Positions 1 to 6,339 of a stretch of DNA of 60,156 bases are shown here, one piece after another. This stretch comes from a virus: positions 1 through 60,156 of IMG/VR virus record IMGVR_UViG_3300029805_000006; one strand, 5' to 3'. Position 1 is the stretch's first letter, and every line of letters begins with the position of its first letter. The notes beneath the pieces were generated by a model. The model was not told where the DNA came from, ran no database searches, and saw only the letters and a program-made list of their open reading frames with translations. The position numbers and the translations under genes were made by a program.

Positions 1-119
1 ACAACTTGCATCTGTTAGACCGATCTCAAGACGGACCTCCTATGGTGCTCATGCCCATACTTCTAACGGGCACAATAGACCAATGCCGCAAGGCTATCGA
101 CGCTGTACAGGGAGGCCTG
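1..119. repeat. 119-bp terminal redundancy, left copy. Either a circular-assembly overlap or a short direct terminal repeat.
   Basis: Read directly: bases 1-119 (acaacttgcatctg...gtacagggaggcctg) recur exactly at 60038-60156, the last bases of the window. Confidence 0.95.
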
Positions 120-122
120 TAG
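1..122 (+). CDS. 3' part of a junction-spanning small ORF. It continues from 59941..60156; the stop is TAG at 120-122.
   Basis: Hand translation in the frame with codons at 3-5, 6-8 and so on gives ...NLHLLDRSQDGPPMVLMPILLTGTIDQCRKAIDAVQGGL*. The frame is open back across the circular junction to a GTG at 59941. Confidence 0.35.
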   Translation, partial: NLHLLDRSQDGPPMVLMPILLTGTIDQCRKAIDAVQGGL

Positions 123-215
123 TGGATCCTATCGAAGCATTGGCACTACTGATCGAAGAGTGCAAGGCTACACTAGCCGACCCTACAGGAGGCCTCTAAT
201 GTACTGACCCAATGA

Positions 216-289
216 GAGACACTGCCACCTTGGCAGGCCTGTCGTTATGGCGTGAGCTGTAGTGAGACACTGCCACCTTGGCAGGCCTG
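216..289. promoter_or_regulatory. Two 26-bp direct repeats, GAGACACTGCCACCTTGGCAGGCCTG, each holding the palindrome CTGCCA-CCT-TGGCAG. Operator-like sites.
   Basis: Copies read at 216-241 and 264-289, with palindromes at 222-236 and 270-284. The same motif family recurs at 58231-58330. The track ORF 183..380(-) is just this repeat translated (GLPRWQCL twice). Confidence 0.6.
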
Positions 290-507
290 CCAACTTGGCG
301 TGACCCTTTACGAGACTGACCCTCGGGCGTGAACAGAAGGACTCATTCAAAAACTGGAACGAAAAATAACACGGAGACAAAAAATCCCACTCGGTCTAAA
401 GTTCAACAGGACGAAAGTCAATTCGGCACAATAGGCCAATCGTCTCACAATCAACCAATTTAGGTGAATCCTTCACATCACTCAAGAAACAACGGTACAC
501 TCACATC

Positions 508-708
508 ATGAACTTCTTCATCAGATACAAGGGACTGAAAGTAGGCGACAAGTACGCCATTCGCAGATCCCTCTTCGGCTTCATCTGCCCCGAATACTAC
601 AACTTCGTCAACCAGACATGGGACAGCAAAGGCACCAGTGATTTCCTTGCTCAGTGTTGGGGAACTGAAAAGAACGCCTTAGACGCATACGAACGGTACA
701 CTGCATGA
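508..708 (+). CDS. hypothetical protein (66 aa), CWGTE-motif paralog 1
   Basis: ORF track. ATGA stop/start overlap with the next ORF. The C-terminal motif QCWGTEKNALDAYERY resembles ECWGTEEQVNLAILRL of 705..998. Confidence 0.55.
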   Translation: MNFFIRYKGLKVGDKYAIRRSLFGFICPEYYNFVNQTWDSKGTSDFLAQCWGTEKNALDAYERYTA

Positions 709-998
709 AGAACTTAGATCCGACATACGAGAAGGTCAAGAACGAAGCAGACGAGTTCTGTGTAGTGAGGTCGATTCCTACCAAATGGTACCAGGAGGTC
801 GTGCCTCGTGTAGAAAGGGATGACCCTTACGAAGTGACTCCTGCATACATGAAATACTTCGTCATTGAAACCAAACAAGAGGTCCTGCAACTGAAAGGGG
901 CAAATAGAGGATGGGGAAGCAAGGACATGATGTTTTTAAATGAATGCTGGGGAACAGAAGAACAAGTAAACCTCGCTATCTTGAGGTTGAACTCATGA
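705..998 (+). CDS. hypothetical protein (97 aa), CWGTE-motif paralog 2
   Basis: ORF track. ATGA overlaps at both ends. Confidence 0.55.
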   Translation: MKNLDPTYEKVKNEADEFCVVRSIPTKWYQEVVPRVERDDPYEVTPAYMKYFVIETKQEVLQLKGANRGWGSKDMMFLNECWGTEEQVNLAILRLNS

Positions 999-1291
999 AC
1001 CCTCTCAAAGAACTATACGACAAAGTACCGAAGGACACCCCACTGACCGAGGCAAGCCTTCGTCATATCTTTCCTGAAATGACCATAGTGCAGATGATCC
1101 TTAGGAACGCGGAACTCTACGGCAAAGGGTTGTTGAAGGTCGAGTTCTACGTGAAGCATTTAGGGAAGAGCTTCGACACTCTGAAGGAAATCCCTGATAC
1201 CATCGTCTGCGATCAGGTCCAACCGCTGTACACCTATCTCACAATCGACCAACCTTCAAACGGTTCCACACCAACCACCGACACACGGTAG
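995..1291 (+). CDS. hypothetical protein (98 aa)
   Basis: The track ORF is 944..1291. The internal ATG at 995 is preferred because it forms an ATGA overlap with the stop of 705..998. Confidence 0.55.
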   Translation: MNPLKELYDKVPKDTPLTEASLRHIFPEMTIVQMILRNAELYGKGLLKVEFYVKHLGKSFDTLKEIPDTIVCDQVQPLYTYLTIDQPSNGSTPTTDTR

Positions 1292-1300
1292 AATGACACC

Positions 1301-1450
1301 ATGATAGCTTACGGAAGCAGAAGACCCTACCCGGTCCCAGCCAACACTACGACCCCTCCACCTCCTCCCTCGGAAGACAACACCTCACTGATCATGTTGG
1401 TCGGCGTACTCCTCCTGGTAGCAGGATTTCTAATAGGAACACAACTATGA
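1301..1450 (+). CDS. small membrane protein (49 aa)
   Basis: Below the track cutoff, so translated by hand: MIAYGSRRPYPVPANTTTPPPPPSEDNTSLIMLVGVLLLVAGFLIGTQL. It has a Pro-rich N-terminus and one hydrophobic helix. Its stop overlaps the next ATG (ATGA at 1447-1450). Confidence 0.45.
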   Translation: MIAYGSRRPYPVPANTTTPPPPPSEDNTSLIMLVGVLLLVAGFLIGTQL

Positions 1451-1896
1451 AATGGATCGCACAACACCCAGAACCTTGGCGGCCGCAACTGTGGCACTCA
1501 GAAGTCGGAGGGTACCAGATTCAAGAAGTAGAAGAAGTTTTCGAACGCTCAGACCCTCTCTTCAACCTCAGTAAGGTCCAGGCCAACGACCTAGACGAAG
1601 AGGTACCTTACATGCCCTTCGGTACTTTAGAGGAGGCCAAGGTAGCAGGCGAAGGACTCATCATCGAAGACAGCAGTACAGACCACAGCGGTCAGGTTCT
1701 CATCGGACTGGACGCAAGGATCTACCTGATCCCTGAAGGCAAGGTGCGCAAGTTCCAGTTAGAACACGCGGAGTACGGCAAGGCCTTCAACGGCAAGGCC
1801 AAGGATGCGGAAGTTTGGTTGAAGGCTCGGGACTTCACTCGCAAGTACGCAGACTACCGCATCCACGAAACCGACATCCTCTACAAGAAATCATGA
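1447..1896 (+). CDS. hypothetical protein (149 aa)
   Basis: ORF track. Translationally coupled on both sides. Confidence 0.6.
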   Translation: MKWIAQHPEPWRPQLWHSEVGGYQIQEVEEVFERSDPLFNLSKVQANDLDEEVPYMPFGTLEEAKVAGEGLIIEDSSTDHSGQVLIGLDARIYLIPEGKVRKFQLEHAEYGKAFNGKAKDAEVWLKARDFTRKYADYRIHETDILYKKS

Positions 1897-2222
1897 AGCA
1901 CGCCATCACACCCACCCACCTCAAACTCGTTGAACGCTACAAAGAGCTTATGGTTGAGATCGGCTGCGATCTGAAACTCAACTTCTACGCAGGGCTGGAG
2001 CCTATCCTTCCTGGAGTAATGGACAAGTCAGCCATCTCCGTCATACACTACTTCGATCTAGTACAGCGCGGAGACGATTATGATGGTTTCACCGAGTACC
2101 AAATCCTAGAAGGCGCTCGCCAACAAATCACCGATGACAATGATTATATTCGAATCAATGTTGTTGTTCTACCTACCCAAAACCGAATAGACATCGACCT
2201 TCAAGTCACCGAAATCCTATGA
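1893..2222 (+). CDS. hypothetical protein (109 aa)
   Basis: The track ORF is 1815..2222. The ATG at 1893 (MKHAITPTH...) forms an ATGA overlap with the upstream stop. Confidence 0.6.
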   Translation: MKHAITPTHLKLVERYKELMVEIGCDLKLNFYAGLEPILPGVMDKSAISVIHYFDLVQRGDDYDGFTEYQILEGARQQITDDNDYIRINVVVLPTQNRIDIDLQVTEIL

Positions 2223-3121
2223 ACCCTACCAGCAACTCAACCGACAACCTCGATCCGATCATGGAACAAGAACTCAACGAAATGGCCGACACTCCCAGCT
2301 ATACCTTGGACATCGTCTGGGACAATAACCAGACAGCCAACGTCTCCACAGCGAAGGTCACTGTTACAACTGACCTGGAGTTACCTGCCGAGTTCGGCTT
2401 CGCGGTCCAGATCGCACATCGCCCGGAGTCTTTCGAGATCACCGTGTTGACCAGTGGAGGCAAAGGCCACCCGAAACTCACCGGCTCTACCTTCCTCACT
2501 CTTGAGGAAGCTCAGGACGCAGTAAGTGATACCATCAATGAGTCAGTCAACAACATCATCGAGAACGTAGAAGCAGGAATTCGACGCGAGAAGGAAGCGC
2601 CGATCCGTGCTCAAGAGCTGGCGGATTTCCTGACCGAAATGAAATTCCCCTACGTGGTCAATATGAACGTCACCGCACCTCACCAACCCTGCATCCTATC
2701 TGTATGGATCGAGGCCACCGATGAGGAGTGCAACTACTCGGACGAGTATGGTCAAGCCAATCTGTACTGTGTCTTGATGGAAATCGCAGGCAAGGAAAAG
2801 CTCAACTTGAACAACTACCGATTCTTGAACGGGCCCAAAGAACTTTTCCAAGAAGGTCTTCAAGGCATTCGTCAGCAAGCTGTCCTCGCCTCCATCTTCA
2901 CCGGCCAACCTGTTGAGCTTCACGAGATCACTCTGCAATACACTCCTTCCGAAGAGGATGTCAAGCTGTACGACGATGCCCGTGCAAAGAGCGCGAAGAA
3001 GTTCGAAGAGGAGCTGCTGAAGGAAGCCGTGGATCCGAAGGGCTTCCAGACAGGCGGCGTCATTGAGAACGATGGTGTGGACCCGCTAGTCGTCAAAAGT
3101 GATGCACTAGAGACCCAGTAG
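2219..3121 (+). CDS. hypothetical acidic protein (300 aa)
   Basis: ORF track. ATGA coupling upstream and a strong terminator downstream. Confidence 0.7.
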   Translation: MNPTSNSTDNLDPIMEQELNEMADTPSYTLDIVWDNNQTANVSTAKVTVTTDLELPAEFGFAVQIAHRPESFEITVLTSGGKGHPKLTGSTFLTLEEAQDAVSDTINESVNNIIENVEAGIRREKEAPIRAQELADFLTEMKFPYVVNMNVTAPHQPCILSVWIEATDEECNYSDEYGQANLYCVLMEIAGKEKLNLNNYRFLNGPKELFQEGLQGIRQQAVLASIFTGQPVELHEITLQYTPSEEDVKLYDDARAKSAKKFEEELLKEAVDPKGFQTGGVIENDGVDPLVVKSDALETQ

Positions 3122-3150
3122 CCGATAAAGTAGCACTTCTGCTGCTTATC

Positions 3151-3191
3151 ATAGCCGCCCTGCTCCTAGCCGTCCAGGGCGGCTATTTTTT
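3151..3191 (+). terminator. rho-independent terminator
   Basis: Perfect 12-bp stem ATAGCCGCCCTG / CAGGGCGGCTAT with a 12-nt loop, then a T6 run (3186-3191). Confidence 0.8.
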
Positions 3192-3200
3192 GTGTAAAAC

Positions 3201-3229
3201 TTGACAGGGGTCTCAGAATGAGGTAAGGT
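3201..3229 (+). promoter_or_regulatory. candidate sigma70-type promoter, TTGACA-N17-TAAGGT. The putative -10 may instead be a Shine-Dalgarno element.
   Basis: TTGACA at 3201-3206, an exact 17-nt spacer, and TAAGGT at 3224-3229, 8 nt before the ATG at 3238. It lies directly after the terminator. The same arrangement is found at 34593-34621 on the minus strand. Confidence 0.45.
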
Positions 3230-3237
3230 TGTCCCTC

Positions 3238-3951
3238 ATGACCCGACGCCAGCTAGACCTGAAGGCCATCTTCCCTGAAGTGGAGAGGCCTGACCGCAAC
3301 ACTTCAGAGCCAGCTACGCTGCCCTTCATGGACACTGTGCTGCTCTCTGAGGAACTGTTGGACCTGCTGGGTACTTGGAGAGTCCTTCGCCACCAGAACC
3401 GGGAGGAGTACACCTACGAGGAGTTCCTCAGGACCTGCCCTCCCCACCTCGTTTCCTTGTGGACGCCCGCGCCCTCTGAGGAAGCCGCTTGGCTAGACGC
3501 CCTGGAGATCCACTGCATCGACTTGGACATCCCGTTCGAGTGCATGGGCGCATACTCCATGAAGGCCCTGGTGGGCTTTGAGAACTCTCTGGTCAGAGAC
3601 GTGATGACCTGCTCGGTCAGGTACGGCGAGCTGGAGACGGTTCACCTGCTGGAGACTACCTACCAGTTCACGCCAGAAGAAGTGGGTTCCATCCTGATGA
3701 TGTCCCGTTCGGCCATGCAGGGATACTTCACGCTGGGCCCGGACGCCGCTCGCGCAGTCACCATCGCTTTCCTGATGGACCTGATCCCAGACCTCAAAGA
3801 GAGTCTCAGCAACCGCGACCGACTCAACGCCATCAACCTGCTCGCCAGGATCACCGGCGTAACCAAGACCAACCCCAACGACGAAGTCAAAGACTTCATG
3901 GACGCCATCCGTGCGAACTCCCAAGAACTCACCATTGAGGACGAAGAGTAA
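3238..3951 (+). CDS. hypothetical protein (237 aa); weak small-terminase-like C-terminal pattern
   Basis: The track ORF starts at a TTG (3229); the ATG at 3238 is preferred. The C-terminal segment NRDRLNAINLLARITGVTK resembles the (D/K)R-L-x-A-x-x-L-L-x-(R/K)-x-x-G pattern I associate with TerS proteins. That recall is not verified. Confidence 0.5.
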   Translation: MTRRQLDLKAIFPEVERPDRNTSEPATLPFMDTVLLSEELLDLLGTWRVLRHQNREEYTYEEFLRTCPPHLVSLWTPAPSEEAAWLDALEIHCIDLDIPFECMGAYSMKALVGFENSLVRDVMTCSVRYGELETVHLLETTYQFTPEEVGSILMMSRSAMQGYFTLGPDAARAVTIAFLMDLIPDLKESLSNRDRLNAINLLARITGVTKTNPNDEVKDFMDAIRANSQELTIEDEE

Positions 3952-4010
3952 TGGGCTGATGCGATCCTAAACCGCGCCGGTACGGTGCAAAACCAACACT
4001 AGAAACTCCT

Positions 4011-4346
4011 ATGGGACAAAGCATTCAATTCGACAATTCCAAGCTCGCAGACGTTATCGACGCGACCATCCGTGGTGAACTGCAAGAGATCCTTGGCGAC
4101 ATCGCTGAGGACTTGGATACAACCATCCGGCAGATCTCCGCACGCATGGCCGTCGCGGCCCGCAGGAAGCGCCCCGACCTCGTGGAAGCATGCAGGGATC
4201 AACTGGCCCTGGCCGTTGAAACTCGTCGCGCCACCATCGAAGAGAACCTCCTGCCGCGCATGGACAACCTCATTGAATATGGTATCAACTTCCTGTTCAA
4301 TGGTGCGCTCGGTGCCTTCTCTACAATCAACGTACAGCCTGGGTAA
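4011..4346 (+). CDS. hypothetical protein (111 aa)
   Basis: ORF track. TAATG overlap with the next ORF. Confidence 0.6.
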   Translation: MGQSIQFDNSKLADVIDATIRGELQEILGDIAEDLDTTIRQISARMAVAARRKRPDLVEACRDQLALAVETRRATIEENLLPRMDNLIEYGINFLFNGALGAFSTINVQPG

Positions 4347-4543
4347 TGGACTACTGTCCTAACTGCCAGAAGGCAGCACCTACCTACCCGCAATTAGCTC
4401 CCCCTTCATATCCACAGCAACCGCAGCCGATACACCAGTCACCTCCGAAAGACGGGATCCGATCCAGTCAAACTCTCGTGGTGTTGACGGTGCTGGTAGC
4501 TGTGGATATTTTCATCCGTCTCATTGAAATAGCCCAGATCTAA
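4346..4543 (+). CDS. small P/Q-rich protein with a C-terminal TM helix (65 aa)
   Basis: ORF track. CPNC near the N-terminus, then PTYPQLAPPSYPQQPQPIHQSPP, then the hydrophobic stretch TLVVLTVLVAVDIFI. Confidence 0.5.
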   Translation: MDYCPNCQKAAPTYPQLAPPSYPQQPQPIHQSPPKDGIRSSQTLVVLTVLVAVDIFIRLIEIAQI

Positions 4544-4549
4544 CCCTAC

Positions 4550-5104
4550 ATGGATCCTGTCAACATAGAAACCAGCCTGCAATACGGAGTGTGCTTGAGC
4601 ACGCGCCGGGTGTTCCTGCACGGCGACCTAGACGAAGCTACGGTCGGCATCGCCATTCGAGCCCTTCACTTCTTCCAAGCCAAGTCTCCCACCTCCGCGC
4701 AGTTGATCCTGTCTTCATGCGGTGGAGAACTAGACGAAGCCTTTGGTCTTCACGACACAATCCAAGCCTTAGACATCAACGTCGAAGTACGTGCCATCGG
4801 CAAGTGCATGTCGGCAGCTCCTCTGCTCCTTGCCTGTGGTGAGAAGTCGTGGAGAAGCGCGGGGCCTAACACTCAATTCATGCTGCACGCTGCCTCCATC
4901 GAGATGGCCGACTCCTCAGTAAAAGGAGCACAAGCAGTGGTCACAGCAACCAAGAAAAAGATGGACGAGTACGCCCGAGTGCTTGCCCTCTACACATGCA
5001 AAGACGAGACTCACTGGAAGTATCGTCTGCAATCTACCGATGATCGCTACTTCGATGCAGAGCAAGCATTGGAGTGGGGACTCATTGATTCAATCTGGAA
5101 GTAA
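4550..5104 (+). CDS. ClpP-family (S14-like) serine protease
   Basis: GKCMSAAPLLLACGEKSWRSAGPNTQFMLHAAS matches the ClpP G-x-A-A-S...R...M-x-H pattern (catalytic Ser and His). DDRYFDAEQALEWGLIDSI matches the D-R-D...A-x-E-A...G-L-I-D tail. Confidence 0.8.
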   Translation: MDPVNIETSLQYGVCLSTRRVFLHGDLDEATVGIAIRALHFFQAKSPTSAQLILSSCGGELDEAFGLHDTIQALDINVEVRAIGKCMSAAPLLLACGEKSWRSAGPNTQFMLHAASIEMADSSVKGAQAVVTATKKKMDEYARVLALYTCKDETHWKYRLQSTDDRYFDAEQALEWGLIDSIWK

Positions 5105-5109
5105 TCCCT

Positions 5110-5460
5110 ATGAAGCAATTTATTCTTGCACTTACCTTGGCCCTTGCGGTCTCTTGCGCGGGGCCCCGAGGCACCGTCAATCTCAGTCCCGACAGCGCGT
5201 TTAGCCGCACTGCCCAGCGCGTGGTAGACCGTTGTCCTGAAGGGGACATCGACGCGCAGACATTCTCCGCGTTCCTCAGCGCGACTGATGGAGACATCAG
5301 CGTGCAGATCGTTGGCCCTCTCTACGATCCTGTCGAGGAGCTGCACGACCTTGAAGTCCTGACCGGCGACTATGACTCGCTCGAACAGGAGATCTACATC
5401 GGAGATACTCAAATGCTCCGAGGACTCCTAGCCGCTCGTGGCTACGAGGCAGGAAACTGA
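5110..5460 (+). CDS. probable lipoprotein (116 aa)
   Basis: N-terminus MKQFILALTLALAVSCAG: a signal peptide plus a lipobox-like AVSC. Confidence 0.6.
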   Translation: MKQFILALTLALAVSCAGPRGTVNLSPDSAFSRTAQRVVDRCPEGDIDAQTFSAFLSATDGDISVQIVGPLYDPVEELHDLEVLTGDYDSLEQEIYIGDTQMLRGLLAARGYEAGN

Positions 5461-5765
5461 TGCCCGTCGAAACAGTCAAGACCGCAACTGAGTGGGGACC
5501 CGCATTGATTGGGTTCCTGTTTGGAGGTGGTATTCTCAGGGTTCTTTCTTGGTGGTCAGAGAACAAGAAGCTCAATAAATCTGAGTACCGCGACACTCTG
5601 GAAACACACATCAAAAGGTTGGAGGCTAGGATCACAGACTTAGAACTCAAAGAAGAGCAACGAGACCAGTTGATCCTGGAGCAGGCCAACCACATCGGAG
5701 AGCAACGAGGAATCATCGCCTCGCTTCGAGCACAACAGGCAGCACATGAAGGAAACAATTCCTAG
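5460..5765 (+). CDS. membrane-anchored coiled-coil protein (101 aa), i-spanin-like architecture
   Basis: TM segment WGPALIGFLFGGGILRVL followed by a heptad-rich region (IKRLEARITDLELKEEQRDQLILEQ). TGATG overlap with the upstream lipoprotein gene. Confidence 0.55.
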   Translation: MPVETVKTATEWGPALIGFLFGGGILRVLSWWSENKKLNKSEYRDTLETHIKRLEARITDLELKEEQRDQLILEQANHIGEQRGIIASLRAQQAAHEGNNS

Positions 5766-6162
5766 CATCTGGGATCAGATAAGCGCCGGAGATGTCATCG
5801 ACTTGGTATTTGAAAGTACCAATGACGTGGCGTTTCTGTGCGTCAATGTGATGAAGCTCTGCCTCATGGGCAGCAAGATTCAAGTAGCCGCGAGTTCTAA
5901 AAAGGCTCTCGATGATTTCTGGATCGTGCTGCTGAAGGCACGGCAGTCTTCAGCCATATTCTCCACCCATACGATTGAGTACGAGGAGTGTGTGAGGTGT
6001 ACCCAAAACAACGGGGACATCATGAAGATCAAAGGCTACAAGAACTCAGACGATGAAGCCATCCTGATTTACCTCGGAGCTGGACAGTCCGATCCTCAAA
6101 AGGTAGCACACCAAATTGCAGCGGAAGAACACTCCTTCGCTGTAGTCAGGGTCTGGGGTTAG
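5746..6162 (+). CDS. hypothetical protein (138 aa)
   Basis: ORF track. 20-nt overlap with the upstream gene. Confidence 0.55.
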   Translation: MKETIPSIWDQISAGDVIDLVFESTNDVAFLCVNVMKLCLMGSKIQVAASSKKALDDFWIVLLKARQSSAIFSTHTIEYEECVRCTQNNGDIMKIKGYKNSDDEAILIYLGAGQSDPQKVAHQIAAEEHSFAVVRVWG

Positions 6163-6339
6163 ATGAAGCACACTCGCAAGAACAAGAATCAAGGCAAGAC
6201 CTCTTCTAAGGACCCTCTTAGATTATACGAGGCAGACTGGAACTGCCATCTGTATCCCTGCATGCTTTGCTGCAAACGCATGGGAGTTACTCCGAAGAAG
6301 CAGTCCAATTTCCGCAGGGTCTTTAGGCAGTCTATCTAA
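6163..6339 (+). CDS. small basic Cys-containing protein (58 aa)
   Basis: Below the track cutoff, so translated by hand: MKHTRKNKNQGKTSSKDPLRLYEADWNCHLYPCMLCCKRMGVTPKKQSNFRRVFRQSI. It starts directly after the upstream TAG, and its TAA overlaps the terminase ATG (TAATG). Confidence 0.45.
   Translation: MKHTRKNKNQGKTSSKDPLRLYEADWNCHLYPCMLCCKRMGVTPKKQSNFRRVFRQSI

Noticed and set aside
183-380. Track ORF of 65 aa on the minus strand
   Set aside because: Its sequence is the translated 26-bp direct repeat (GLPRWQCL twice). It lies in the repeat-rich control region, and no coupling or RBS supports it.
3127-3204. Hydrophobic peptide (KVALLLLIIAALLLAVQGGYFLCKT) read through the terminator hairpin
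   Set aside because: There is no start codon in frame after the upstream stop. The hydrophobicity is a by-product of the GC-rich stem sequence.
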